DNA of 50,389 nucleotides from a virus (lineage: Duplodnaviria > Caudoviricetes), in IMG/VR virus record IMGVR_UViG_3300023099_000003, positions 1 to 50,389 of that record; one strand, 5' to 3'. The notes below the pieces were generated by a model. That model was not told the DNA's origin, ran no database searches, and saw only the letters and a program-made list of their open reading frames with translations. Numbering within the stretch: the stretch's first letter is position 1; every line of letters begins with the position of its first letter. A program made the translations under genes and the position numbers. This document shows, one piece after another, positions 34,519 through 44,990 of this stretch.

Positions 34519-34834
34519 GAATGTGAGCAAGCCTGAGAACCCGAGTGCGTTTGATCGCGCATGGCTGAACGACCTGCAGCAGCGCATCAACAGCCTCCGC
34601 ACATCTGGCGAGGATTACCTTATCCTGTCCGTTGGCGTTCGTGGCCCGAACTTTGACTGCGAGGAAGGCAATGCCGTCGCGACAGTCCGTATTGGCAATG
34701 ACACTGCCACCAGTGAGGCGCTGTATCTAGATGACGCCATCCGCCTAGCGCGGGGCAAAATCCAGCGCGAACGTGCGGCCCGTGAAGCCAAGCGCGCCAA
34801 GGATCAGTCCACCCAAAAGGCAGACCCGGCATGA
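34517..34834 (+). CDS. Hypothetical protein
   Basis: Follows the cassette RBS. Confidence 0.6.
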   Translation: MNVSKPENPSAFDRAWLNDLQQRINSLRTSGEDYLILSVGVRGPNFDCEEGNAVATVRIGNDTATSEALYLDDAIRLARGKIQRERAAREAKRAKDQSTQKADPA

Positions 34835-35205
34835 GCGGGGGAACGCCTTGGACGAGCGGACCGGTGCGCATCGAACCACAGGGAGACGGCGCGCGAGGCT
34901 ACTGGCTGCATGACGACGATGGTGAATACGTTGCTATGGTCTGCCGGCGCGAAAACAAAAGCGAGGAACTGGGAAACGCCAACCTCTACGCTGGCGCGCA
35001 TGAAATGGCCGGCTCTTTGATCAGCCTCAGTGGCCATCTTAAGCTGATGCAATCCGCTATGGCGGAACATCTAAAGCCTGATGGTTCATTGCGTGACCCA
35101 GCGGATTTCATTCAGCGCATAATCTACTTGCTGGATGGGCCGGAGCAACGTGCGGCCCAAGAGCCTGCCCGCACCCTCCTAACCAAGATCGGGGCCGCCC
35201 AATGA
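34831..35205 (+). CDS. Hypothetical protein
   Basis: TPWTSGP...NANLYAGA; coupled. Confidence 0.6.
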   Translation: MSGGTPWTSGPVRIEPQGDGARGYWLHDDDGEYVAMVCRRENKSEELGNANLYAGAHEMAGSLISLSGHLKLMQSAMAEHLKPDGSLRDPADFIQRIIYLLDGPEQRAAQEPARTLLTKIGAAQ

Positions 35206-35582
35206 GCTGGCTTCTGGAACTGCTATCCCAATGGTGGGCATCACTTTTCCCAGAGCCATCATTTGCAGTTAATCCTCGTTATCTGCGCCCCATTCAATAT
35301 TGGACAGATGAAGATGAATTGAATGAAGAGCGCCTTTATCTTTCTGGGCGAACCGCCTTCTGGTTGTTTCCCGAAAGGTGGGCAAATGGCCCAACCATGA
35401 AGTTTGATGACGGGTCATGGACGCCTAAAGATAGGTTCGCGCATGGGATTGATATTGAAGTCCCCGTGCAATGGCTGGGATGGAGCGGGCCAAGCGCGCC
35501 AGATAAGGTATCAAAAGATACGGCGCTTGCCATTATAGCGGCTTGTGAGGCGCAAGGTTCTAATAGGGTTAGGATGCCCTAA
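35202..35582 (+). CDS. Hypothetical protein
   Basis: Coupled Trp-rich ORF. Confidence 0.55.
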   Translation: MSWLLELLSQWWASLFPEPSFAVNPRYLRPIQYWTDEDELNEERLYLSGRTAFWLFPERWANGPTMKFDDGSWTPKDRFAHGIDIEVPVQWLGWSGPSAPDKVSKDTALAIIAACEAQGSNRVRMP

Positions 35583-35673
35583 CCCCAACCCAACCCATCT
35601 TGCCTAACCCCTTGCCATGCTGTAAACCACCCTCCAGTTTAACCGCCCATGAGGGCGCACTAGGAGTGTTCAC

Positions 35674-36393
35674 ATGGCGCAGCTGTATGCCGTTGCTGGC
35701 TCAAAGTTCTATATCGGGACCAAAATGGCCCCACAGACTGCTGACGTTACTCTTGCCACCTTTACTGGCCAGACATGGACTGAAGTAAAGGGCTGGACCA
35801 GCGCCGGCTCGCTTGGCGACACACAGGAAGTTGTTTCGCAGCCGGTTATCAGCGAAAAGCGCGTTCGTCAGGCCAAGGGCACTCGCTCGGGCGGCACGAT
35901 GGAAAACACGTTCCTGCCCATTATCAATGATCCAGGCCAGATTGCGTTCAAGGCCGCTACCGAAGGCTGCAAGCCTTACGCATTCAAGATCGAATGGGGT
36001 GCAGGCTGTGCTGAAAGCGCAGTCGTAACCATGACCATCGCCACGCCGGGTGTTATCACTTGGGCTGGCGGCCACGGGCTTACTGTGGATTCTCCTGTTT
36101 CCTTTGCCACCACTGGCGCACTCCCTACCGGCATCACCGCAGGCACGACTTATTATGTTGTTGCGGCGGGTCTGACTGCTACGGACTTTTCTGTTTCCGC
36201 CACTCCGGGCGGCTCGGCCATCACCACCAGCGGCACTCAGTCGGGTGTCCACACCGCTACTGGCCTTCCTGCTGGTCAGACGGATCTGTTCATCGGCCTT
36301 GCCATGCCGGGCGCGAAGTCGGGCGGCGATGCCAACACACCTCAGCTGCGCACCTATGCCGTGGCGGTCGATAGCAATATTGTAGAGGTTTGA
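35674..36393 (+). CDS. Major tail (tube) protein with an internal beta-domain insertion
   Basis: Position before the chaperones and TMP, strong codon bias, AGGAG RBS, GSLGD/KGTR/DPGQ motifs. Confidence 0.85.
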   Translation: MAQLYAVAGSKFYIGTKMAPQTADVTLATFTGQTWTEVKGWTSAGSLGDTQEVVSQPVISEKRVRQAKGTRSGGTMENTFLPIINDPGQIAFKAATEGCKPYAFKIEWGAGCAESAVVTMTIATPGVITWAGGHGLTVDSPVSFATTGALPTGITAGTTYYVVAAGLTATDFSVSATPGGSAITTSGTQSGVHTATGLPAGQTDLFIGLAMPGAKSGGDANTPQLRTYAVAVDSNIVEV

Positions 36394-36588
36394 TTATGGT
36401 CGGCGAACAAGTTCCTGGCGGCATCGAAGGGTGGGGAGGCAATATCCTTCCCACCAAGGATGATATCGACGGCGGCACTGCATTCTGAGACTGGGGGCAG
36501 GTGTTTCGGGTCCACCTGCCCCCACCCCTAAGGCCCGAAGAAATCCCGGATGTGGTCGAGACGCGGATGGGATGGAGAATCGATTACC

Positions 36589-37002
36589 ATGGATATTGCC
36601 AACCTCAAGAAAAAGGTCGATCTGACCGAGGGTGAGTGGATTGATGAAATCCCCGATAATCCCGGCCTGCGGCTTCGCGTTCGCAGCACCAACTACAAGC
36701 CTTTCCGCGTAGCCACCGCGGGCCTTGCTCGCCGGTCTGGTAAAACCCTGAATACTGATGAGGGTCTTGTCGGTTTTTCCGTTTCGGCGGGTAAGCCTCT
36801 GGCTGAGCATATCCTGCTGGACTGGGATGGTGTGACCAGCGGCGGCAAGGCTGTGAAATACGAACCCGATACGGCCATGGCCATTCTTACGGCGGATGAT
36901 GACTTCGGCATTGGTGCTGAATACCGCCGCGCTGTGGAATGGGCTGGCAACAAGGTTGCTGAAAACCTTGCATCCCGCACCAGGGAAGCGGCGGGAAACT
37001 AG
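36589..37002 (+). CDS. Tail assembly chaperone (gpG-like)
   Basis: GEWID, LRVRS, ILLDWDGV; ends at slippery G GGA AAC. Confidence 0.8.
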   Translation: MDIANLKKKVDLTEGEWIDEIPDNPGLRLRVRSTNYKPFRVATAGLARRSGKTLNTDEGLVGFSVSAGKPLAEHILLDWDGVTSGGKAVKYEPDTAMAILTADDDFGIGAEYRRAVEWAGNKVAENLASRTREAAGN

Positions 37003-37367
37003 TCGAGATGCTTTTGTGGGCCATGCGTTCTGCATCGGCCCACAAGGCAGCAAAAGACGCGGGACAGGTTATAGTCGAACTTGAACCGCCCGAGTTATTG
37101 CCAGGGTTAGGTGGATGGTATGAAGATTTTCTTGAACTATCCACCAACCGCCAAATGGGCATGGGCTTGGGCGAAATTCCTTCGCTTGCTATCGACGCGC
37201 ATGTTGCCGGTTGGTCGTATGATGACGCCGACTGTTTCCGCGCCTGCATCCGCAAAATGGATGCTGCCTATCTGGCTGAGGTCAATCGCAAGGATGACGC
37301 AGATCCAGAAATCGCCAAAAGTAGCAACCCCGCTCGCGATGCCTTCCGTGGCACATTCAGGGGGTAG
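36993..37367 (+). CDS. -1 frameshift extension (gpT-like) of the tail chaperone
   Basis: GGGAAAC at 36993-36999; the -1 frame reads GGG AAA CTA GTC GAG ATG into ORF 37008..37367. Confidence 0.8.
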   Translation, partial: GKLVEMLLWAMRSASAHKAAKDAGQVIVELEPPELLPGLGGWYEDFLELSTNRQMGMGLGEIPSLAIDAHVAGWSYDDADCFRACIRKMDAAYLAEVNRKDDADPEIAKSSNPARDAFRGTFRG

Positions 37368-37373
37368 CTTCTG

Positions 37374-40300
37374 ATGGCAGATATTGCTGCACTTGGCCTG
37401 CGGGTTGATTCTGACGGGATTGTCAAAGGCACTGCCGATCTAGATAAGTTTGCATCATCCGCAGACAAGGCGGGGTCTGCTGCCGACCGTATGGGCCGTG
37501 AGGCACAGCGTGGGGCATCTGGCACCCGCGATCTGGGCAACGCGGCCAATACGGCGGATTCCGGCATATCCAAGTTGGCCCGCGATGCCGCGCAAGCGCA
37601 GGCCGCGATCGACCGTTACGCAGGCTCGACCAATCGGGCAACTTCCGAAGCCCTTGCCAGTGCGTCAGCCATTGATGCCGCTGGTTCTGCCGCCGCTGCA
37701 TCCGCCTCACAGGTCACGCGCCTTGCGGAAGGTTATGACATTCTGACGGGCAAGGTTAATTCCAATTTCCTTGCCATTGGGCGCAACTTGCAAAGCGTGG
37801 GAGCGGTCCCGCGTGAGTTCCAAAAAGTCAGCGGCGCTATCAAACTGACCGCCCGTGATGGTTTGAACTTCTCTCGCCAGTTTGCCGATATTGGTGTGAC
37901 AGCCGCGATGGGCATGAACCCATTGATGATTGCCATCCAGCAAGGCCCGCAGTTATTCGACATTCTGCAAGAGCGGGCAATCGCTACAGGCGCGACTATC
38001 GGCGCGGTGGCCAAGGCTGCTGGCGCACAGATATGGGCTGCACTTGCTCCCATCTTGCCTATCGTGCTGGCCATTGCGGCGGCTGTCGCTGCTGTCGCGG
38101 CTGCATTCGCCTTGGGTGCCCGCAATATCCGTCAGGCCAACGGCGATATAATCTCTGGCCTTGGGCTGACTGAAAAGCAGCTTGAGCGCGTCAAGAAGTC
38201 CGGCGTTGAAACCGGCGTGACAATTGGCGACACGTTCTTCGCATTCTTTGATGTTGTGGGGGACCGTCTCACCAGCGCGTTTGAAGGCCCGCTCAAGTGG
38301 CTGGCTGATGCATGGAACTGGACGCTCGACACGGTTACGACCGTAGCCCTGACAGCAATCAAACTGATCGCAGGCACATGGACTGGCCTCATCCAAGGCA
38401 TGATCGCCTCATGGCGCATTTTGCCGGGGGCGATTGGCGACACGTTCATGCAAATCGTGAATGGCACCGTCGCGGGTATTGAGTTCCTTATCAACAAGGC
38501 GGTGATGGGCATCAATTCGGTGCTGGACTTCGCCAACAGCATCCCCGGCGTCGATCTGGGGAATCTGGGCGATGTATCGCTGGGGCGTTTTGCCAATCAG
38601 TTTGAAGGTCAAGGCAAGGCCTTGGGCGATGCCTTCACCAAGGGCTTTGACGATGGGATGCAAAGCGCGTCAGGGGCAATTGACCGCTTCCTGTCCGATG
38701 TTTCCAATCGCGCAGCCCAACGTCGCCGCGAAGCCATCCTTGCTGCTGCCGGTGATCCAGGCGCGGCGCGGGAGAAAAGCGGCGGCAAAACCGAAGCCGA
38801 GAAGTTTGCCGATCTGGTGGGCGATGTCACCCGCGAAATCGCACTGATTGAAACCAAGACGCGGGCAGTCGGGCTTAGCGCCGATGCAGCCCTGCGCATG
38901 GAAAACCAGCAGAAGCTGCTGAACGATGCCCAGGCCAAGGGCATCACACTGACCGACGCGCAGACGCGCGTATTGATGGGATTGGCCGACGAACTGACGG
39001 CGGCCCAGATTGCGCTCAAGAACGCCGAAGGATTCAAGGCCATCAATGATGGGTTGGACAAGCAAATTCGCGCCCTGTCGCAGGCCAACACGAATGTCGG
39101 GCTGTATGGTGAGGAACTGTATTCCTTGGTCGCCCTGCAAAACCTGATGAATGAGGCTCTGGATAAAGAGCTTACCCTTACGCAGGACCAGAAACAGGCA
39201 TTGGCTGACAAGGCCAAGGAAATTGGCAAGATCCAGGCTGCTGGTGACACTTCCAAATTCATGGAAGATATGCGCGTCCAGTCGGAAGCCTCCATGAAGG
39301 CAATGGCTGCCGAACGCGCAGAGATGGGTCTCTCTGGCGCAGCGCTTGCCGCTTATCGGTTTGAGCAGGAATTGCTGGCCAAGGCTGAGCGCGACCATAT
39401 CATTCTGACGCCCGACATGGTTTCCGCCATAAAGGAGCGCGCCAAGGCCTACGGCGAGGAACGTGCGCAAATAGACAATGCCGCTGCCGCCCTTTCGGCC
39501 CTGAACGGGGTGATGGGTAGCGGTTCGTTCGGGCAAATCTTGGGCATCCTCACCAGTGGTAATCCTGTGGCATCCCTCTTGGGTTCTGGCGGCATCGGCA
39601 CCATGATTGGCCTTCTCACCAAGGACGGCCAGCAAGCCTATACCCAGCAGCGCAAGGCCATTGAGGCAGGACTGGTTTCGGTGTTTGGCGAGAAGGCTTC
39701 CGGGCTGGCCAAGACCTTGGGCGGGTTGATCCAAGGAGCGGCCACCGGCTCCATGGCGGCTGATACCATATTGGGGGGCAACCGGGGAACGGCCAGCAAT
39801 ATCGGCGCGGCAATCGGCGGTGCAGCAGGACAGGCAATCGGCAATCTGATTGGCGGGCCAATCGGCGGCATGATTGGGTCTGCCATCCTTGGCACCCTTG
39901 GTGGGTTCCTTGGCTCTATCTTCGGCGGTACCCCCAAGGGCGCAGTCACGGTCAACGGCAATCGCATCACTGGCACCACTGGAAAGGGCGACCAGTTGAA
40001 GGCGGCAACGCAGGCGGGCGATGCCATTATCGGCTCGCTAGCCAGCATTGCCAAGGCGCTTGGCGGAACGGTTGGCACAGTGCGCGGTGTAACCATCGGG
40101 ATGCGCAAGGACGACTATATTGTTGACCCTACCGGACAAGGCCGCGTTAAGGGTTCTGGCGTAATGAACTTTGGCAAGGATGCCGAAGCCGCTGCATTGG
40201 CTGCGACGAAGCTGCTGATTGAGCGTGGTGTTATTCAGGGCATTCGTGCATCCACGCAAAACATCCTGAAAGCTGGTGGTGATCTCGAAACCCAGCTTAA

Positions 40301-41621
40301 CAAGGCCATAGCTTTCGAAGCTGTATTCAAGGAATTGGAGGCAGCCTCCAGTCCATTCGCTGCATCCCTCAAGGAAATGCAGGCAGGCTTCACCGAGCTG
40401 ACGGCCATCTTTGTGGAGGCGAAGGCTTCGGCTGAGGAATACGCACAGCTGCAAGAATTTATCGCCCTGCGTCAAAAGCAGTTGGTCGATCAGGCCATGG
40501 CGAATTACCGCAGCACGTTCTATTCGGACGCGGAAAATACCGCCTATGCCCGCCAGACCATATCCAGCACCCTAACCCCGCTGGGCTATGGCAATATCGC
40601 CACGGTCGCGCAGTATCGCGCGCTGGTAGAGGCAACGGATGCCTTGGCAAACCCTGAACTGTTCGGGGCGCTGATGGATTTGTCTGATGAGTTCGGCACT
40701 TTGCAGCAGGCGGCTGACAACGCCAAGCAGGCATCGGAAGCGGCTGCGGCTGCGCAAGAGGCCCTGAACGCACAGCGCGGCCAGATGGAAGTGCAATTAC
40801 TGCGCCTGCAGGGCAAGGAACTGGAGGCCACGGCCAAGGCTCGCCAACAGGAACTGGCAGCAATGGACCCATCGCTGCGCGCCTTGCAGCAGCAGATCAA
40901 TCTGTGGACTGACATTGCCGCTGCGCAGGATGTTTTGCGCACATCATACGAACGCGAAAAGGGCGCGCTGGAAGAAGCCGCTGAAGCCCTGCGCGGTCTG
41001 GGCGATACCTTGCGCGACTTCCGCAAGAGCCTGGATGCGGATGAAATCGGTTCCAACCCTGCAGCCATTGCCGCACGGTTCCGTGAAGTCAGCCGCATGG
41101 CATCCATGGGCGACCAAACGGCCATGGGCAACCTGCCGCAATCGGCCCGTGACTATCTGGATTCGGTTAGGTCTAATGCCCGTAGCGAGCAGGAATATCT
41201 GCGCGCATTGGCGGAGGTTCGCCGCGCAACGGATAGCGCCATCGGGGCGGCTGACGCGGGCGTTACTGAAGCAGAGCGCCAGTTAGAGCAGTTGAAGCTG
41301 CAGGTCGGCGCGCTGATTAACATCAACGACAATGTGGTTACGGTGGCGCAGGCGATTGACCGCCTCACCGCCCTGTGGAATCCCGCCGCGCCTGGAACGC
41401 CCACGCCCGTCAATTCCGACACGCGGGACCGCCAGGATGAGCGTGATGAGCGGATGAGGGAAACATTTGACCGCTTGAGCGACTTCTTCCGCATCGGTTT
41501 GGACAGGCTTGGGGCCAAGCAGGACCAGACCAATCGCCTATGGGGCCAGATTGCTGCCGGCGTTGTGCCAATTACCGTTCGCACCGATCCGATTGAACCG
41601 CTAGAAGTGGTCACGCCATGA
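37374..41621 (+). CDS. Tail tape measure protein
   Basis: 1415 aa, Ala/Gly-rich, QFADIGV...NPLMIAIQQGPQ lambda-type motif. Confidence 0.92.
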   Translation: MADIAALGLRVDSDGIVKGTADLDKFASSADKAGSAADRMGREAQRGASGTRDLGNAANTADSGISKLARDAAQAQAAIDRYAGSTNRATSEALASASAIDAAGSAAAASASQVTRLAEGYDILTGKVNSNFLAIGRNLQSVGAVPREFQKVSGAIKLTARDGLNFSRQFADIGVTAAMGMNPLMIAIQQGPQLFDILQERAIATGATIGAVAKAAGAQIWAALAPILPIVLAIAAAVAAVAAAFALGARNIRQANGDIISGLGLTEKQLERVKKSGVETGVTIGDTFFAFFDVVGDRLTSAFEGPLKWLADAWNWTLDTVTTVALTAIKLIAGTWTGLIQGMIASWRILPGAIGDTFMQIVNGTVAGIEFLINKAVMGINSVLDFANSIPGVDLGNLGDVSLGRFANQFEGQGKALGDAFTKGFDDGMQSASGAIDRFLSDVSNRAAQRRREAILAAAGDPGAAREKSGGKTEAEKFADLVGDVTREIALIETKTRAVGLSADAALRMENQQKLLNDAQAKGITLTDAQTRVLMGLADELTAAQIALKNAEGFKAINDGLDKQIRALSQANTNVGLYGEELYSLVALQNLMNEALDKELTLTQDQKQALADKAKEIGKIQAAGDTSKFMEDMRVQSEASMKAMAAERAEMGLSGAALAAYRFEQELLAKAERDHIILTPDMVSAIKERAKAYGEERAQIDNAAAALSALNGVMGSGSFGQILGILTSGNPVASLLGSGGIGTMIGLLTKDGQQAYTQQRKAIEAGLVSVFGEKASGLAKTLGGLIQGAATGSMAADTILGGNRGTASNIGAAIGGAAGQAIGNLIGGPIGGMIGSAILGTLGGFLGSIFGGTPKGAVTVNGNRITGTTGKGDQLKAATQAGDAIIGSLASIAKALGGTVGTVRGVTIGMRKDDYIVDPTGQGRVKGSGVMNFGKDAEAAALAATKLLIERGVIQGIRASTQNILKAGGDLETQLNKAIAFEAVFKELEAASSPFAASLKEMQAGFTELTAIFVEAKASAEEYAQLQEFIALRQKQLVDQAMANYRSTFYSDAENTAYARQTISSTLTPLGYGNIATVAQYRALVEATDALANPELFGALMDLSDEFGTLQQAADNAKQASEAAAAAQEALNAQRGQMEVQLLRLQGKELEATAKARQQELAAMDPSLRALQQQINLWTDIAAAQDVLRTSYEREKGALEEAAEALRGLGDTLRDFRKSLDADEIGSNPAAIAARFREVSRMASMGDQTAMGNLPQSARDYLDSVRSNARSEQEYLRALAEVRRATDSAIGAADAGVTEAERQLEQLKLQVGALININDNVVTVAQAIDRLTALWNPAAPGTPTPVNSDTRDRQDERDERMRETFDRLSDFFRIGLDRLGAKQDQTNRLWGQIAAGVVPITVRTDPIEPLEVVTP

Positions 41622-42511
41622 AGATGATTGAAAACATTCCGGTGACGGATGCTGTGTTTGGCAGTTCCAACGCTACTGAAAGTGCACCGGAATGGGCTGT
41701 GGGCACCTCCTACGCGCTGGATGACATTGTGCAGGTTGCAGCCGCCAAACGGCGGTATCAAAGCCTTGTCGGCTCTAACACGGGCAATGACCCCACGGTT
41801 GCGGGCAGCACATTCTGGCTGGATATTGGCCCGACCAATCCTTGGGCTATGTTTGATGAATACTCAGACACCCAGACCGTTCGCGCGGAAAACATCACTG
41901 TCGTATTAAACCCGCCATCACGGGTTTCATCCATCGCACTGTTCAATCTGGACGCGGCAACGGTCACGGTGACAATGACGGACCCTGTAGAGGGTATTGT
42001 CTACCAAGAAACGTTCACCCTTACTTCGGCTGAGAATGTGGCCGACTATTGGGATTATTTCTTTGCGCCTATCCTGCGCAAAACGGATTTGTTTGTTGAC
42101 GACCTACCGCCATATGCTGGCGCTTCGATCACTGTTTCAGTGGATCACCCAGATGCCGATGCCAAAGTTGGTAAAATGGTAATAGGCACTATGCGGGACA
42201 TGGGCGCCACCATCCTTGGGGCTGAGTTTGGTCGCATATCAGGAACACGGTTTATTGAGGATGACTTCAACAACCTTACTCCGGTTCGCCGCGCATCGCG
42301 CCGCCGCATGAGCTTGACAGTGATCGTGCCTAAAGAGGACGTGGACGAAGTTGGCCGCATTCTGGACGAACGCGACGGCATCCCGACAACCTTTGTCGGG
42401 GCTGACCAATACACCCAGACCCTGATTGATGGCATTTTCAGGGAATGGCGTGTAGTTATCGAGCAGAATGTGCAATCCATGCTGAGCATTGACATAGAGG
42501 GGCTGCGCTAA
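41618..42511 (+). CDS. Tail tip (distal tail-like) protein with a CBM-like insert
   Basis: Directly after TMP; WAVGTSYALDDIV...YQSL...NDP...W pattern, TNPWAMFD. Confidence 0.65.
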   Translation: MKMIENIPVTDAVFGSSNATESAPEWAVGTSYALDDIVQVAAAKRRYQSLVGSNTGNDPTVAGSTFWLDIGPTNPWAMFDEYSDTQTVRAENITVVLNPPSRVSSIALFNLDAATVTVTMTDPVEGIVYQETFTLTSAENVADYWDYFFAPILRKTDLFVDDLPPYAGASITVSVDHPDADAKVGKMVIGTMRDMGATILGAEFGRISGTRFIEDDFNNLTPVRRASRRRMSLTVIVPKEDVDEVGRILDERDGIPTTFVGADQYTQTLIDGIFREWRVVIEQNVQSMLSIDIEGLR

Positions 42512-42514
42512 GCC

Positions 42515-43747
42515 ATGGTCGATCTGATTACCCCGCTTCCCGATCCGCCATCACGGTCCACACAGGACCGGCAAGAGTTTGTTGTCGCCACTGACAACTG
42601 GCTGCTGGCCATCCAGACCTGGACGCCGCAGGTTAATGCGCTGGCGTTGCAGATAGAAGGCCTGACGGTTGATGCGCAGACGGCTGCCGCGACAGCGACT
42701 GATGCTGCCAACAGGCTGGATAATGCCGCCGCGTTTCAGGTTTCCTTCGCAATGGAAAGTTGGGCAGGCCTAGCCGCCATTGTCGGTGAATACGCGGGAC
42801 AAAGCGCCGCTGTATTTGACGATGCTGGAACGCATACCGATCCCGTTGTCGGCGGCACTGTCCAGAATACGGGCCGCTATCGCTGGTCAACATCTCCTGC
42901 TGGCTGGAAGTGGCTCGATAGTGGCGCGGGGACAACCGTAGCATGGGGCGACATTACCGGAATCCCCAGCACCTTCACGCCGTCTGCCCATACCCATGTC
43001 ATCTCCGATGTAACCGGGCTGCAGGCCGCGCTGGATAGCAAGGCGGTTGCTGGCGCTATCGGGTCGTCAGGCATAACCATGTCCACCGCGCGCCTATTGG
43101 GCCGCTGGACGGCATCCACGGGGGCTGTGCAGGAGATCACTGTAGGTTCTGGTCTTGATTTGTCGGCGTCGGGCGTCCTGACCGCTACGGGCGGCGGTGG
43201 CGGCTCCATGGTTTATCCGGCTTCGGGTATTGCGGTATCCACTGGATCGGCTTGGGGAAGTTCTTTGGCGGTTCCTGGCGGCTCATTGGTTGGCACAACT
43301 GCAAGCCAGACCTTGACCAACAAAACACTTACCAACCCCGCGATCAACGGGGGGACGCTGAATAGCGTATCATTGGCAAGCGGAACACTGTCGCCATCTG
43401 TGACTGTAACAAATTTGGGAACGATGAACCCGAATAGCCCTGGTTTCAGAGGTCTTCCCAGAACGGTGGCCGCTTCCCGGACGTTGGTTATCGAAGATAC
43501 CGGGGGGATGCTTCACCTTAGCGGAAATCTGTCTATCCAGGCCAATGCGACCTACGGTTTCCCGATAGGGTCAACCATTGTCATATCCAACAGCACCTCG
43601 TCATCCATCACCGTCAGCATCACCAGCGACACCCTCCGCCTTGCGGGGACGACCAGCACCGGAACGCGCACCATTGGGCCTTATGGGTTGGCCACGTTGG
43701 TTAAAACCAATACGACCGAGTGGAAGATATCGGGGACCGTAACATGA
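42515..43747 (+). CDS. Tail fibre protein 1
   Basis: ITPLPDPPSR anchor, HTHVISDVTGLQAALD, QTLTNKTLT, FPIGS, WKISG. Confidence 0.8.
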   Translation: MVDLITPLPDPPSRSTQDRQEFVVATDNWLLAIQTWTPQVNALALQIEGLTVDAQTAAATATDAANRLDNAAAFQVSFAMESWAGLAAIVGEYAGQSAAVFDDAGTHTDPVVGGTVQNTGRYRWSTSPAGWKWLDSGAGTTVAWGDITGIPSTFTPSAHTHVISDVTGLQAALDSKAVAGAIGSSGITMSTARLLGRWTASTGAVQEITVGSGLDLSASGVLTATGGGGGSMVYPASGIAVSTGSAWGSSLAVPGGSLVGTTASQTLTNKTLTNPAINGGTLNSVSLASGTLSPSVTVTNLGTMNPNSPGFRGLPRTVAASRTLVIEDTGGMLHLSGNLSIQANATYGFPIGSTIVISNSTSSSITVSITSDTLRLAGTTSTGTRTIGPYGLATLVKTNTTEWKISGTVT

Positions 43748-44070
43748 CCGGGATTATGTGCGCCATGGCGGGGATCGGCCCCAGCGGAGGTTCCTCATCC
43801 CGCGAACCCGCCAGCGGAGACTATTACGATGCCAACAACAGGGTTACTTATACGACCGTATTGGGGGTAAGTCCGCCATTCTCGTCCTACACTCAGGTCG
43901 TTTTCAGATGGGGCGGGGTGAATGTAGTAGACAGCGGGGCCGTTCCATATCCTGCCGTCTCCCCAAATCAAGCAACAAGTGGTGCCTACACCTATTATAT
44001 GGGTGCGCAGCGAACCAACAGCGGAAGTGATCCAAATTTCGCCACATACGGCATTTACAGGGAAGGATAG
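43744..44070 (+). CDS. Small fibre-associated protein
   Basis: MTGIMCAMAG start; ATGA-coupled to fibre 1. Confidence 0.6.
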   Translation: MTGIMCAMAGIGPSGGSSSREPASGDYYDANNRVTYTTVLGVSPPFSSYTQVVFRWGGVNVVDSGAVPYPAVSPNQATSGAYTYYMGAQRTNSGSDPNFATYGIYREG

Positions 44071-44072
44071 TA

Positions 44073-44990
44073 ATGGTTGATCCAATCGCACCTCTCCCGA
44101 CACCGCCAAATCGCGGCATGGGGAATCGTGAAGAGTTCGTGCAAGTCACGGATGACTTTCTTGCGGCGCTTCCCGGATTTGTTGATGATGTCAACGCCTT
44201 CGCGGCGGAAGAAAACGCGCGCATACTGCAATCCTTTACGGGGTCTTTCACACAGACCTTGACCATCGGGTTAGGCGCTTTGGCGTTTATCGGGCCGCAG
44301 GACATGGCCTTGATCCCTGGCCACACAGTGCTGATTACTGCTGACGGTGCTGCGCAAAACAGCATGACTGCACTGGTTTCAGCCTATGACCCAGACACGG
44401 GTTCAATGTCGGTGGATGTTGGTTCTGTGGCGGGATCTGGCACATTTGATGATTGGTCTGTGGGCCTGGCTGCAACCGCCAACCTGGCCGGCTATGCCAC
44501 ACTCACAGGTGTGGAGACGCTGACCAACAAAACGCTTACCGCTCCCGTCATGGCGACGATCTCCAACACTGGCACGATTACCCTGCCCACGGCCACTGAT
44601 ACGCTGGTGGGTCGCGCCACAACCGACACACTGACGAACAAGACTCTCACCGCCCCCGTGCTGGCCAATCCCGTCATGCAGGGTGCTACTACAGCGGATC
44701 AATTCACGATCACAGATGGCGGATCGGTGTCCATTGATCCCGCCGATGGCGAAGTGCAGGCTTGGACTTTGGGGGCCAGTCGCACCCCCGGCCTGTCTTT
44801 GATTACTGCGGGTAAGTCCGTCTTGCTGCTGGTGGATGATGGGAGCGCCTACACGATTACCTTGTCTGGCGTTACATGGATGAACAATGACGGGGTTGCG
44901 CCCGACCTGAAAACCACCGGATACACACCTATATTGCTGGCGCACTTGGGCGGCTCCTTGCGAGCATGGCTGTGCGGGGATCAGGGATGA
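44073..44990 (+). CDS. Tail fibre protein 2
   Basis: N-terminus paralogous to fibre 1; TLTNKTLT x2. Confidence 0.78.
   Translation: MVDPIAPLPTPPNRGMGNREEFVQVTDDFLAALPGFVDDVNAFAAEENARILQSFTGSFTQTLTIGLGALAFIGPQDMALIPGHTVLITADGAAQNSMTALVSAYDPDTGSMSVDVGSVAGSGTFDDWSVGLAATANLAGYATLTGVETLTNKTLTAPVMATISNTGTITLPTATDTLVGRATTDTLTNKTLTAPVLANPVMQGATTADQFTITDGGSVSIDPADGEVQAWTLGASRTPGLSLITAGKSVLLLVDDGSAYTITLSGVTWMNNDGVAPDLKTTGYTPILLAHLGGSLRAWLCGDQG

Noticed and set aside
36394-36530. Read-through or frameshift extension of the major tail protein
   Set aside because: Downstream frames are short and show no Ig-like pattern
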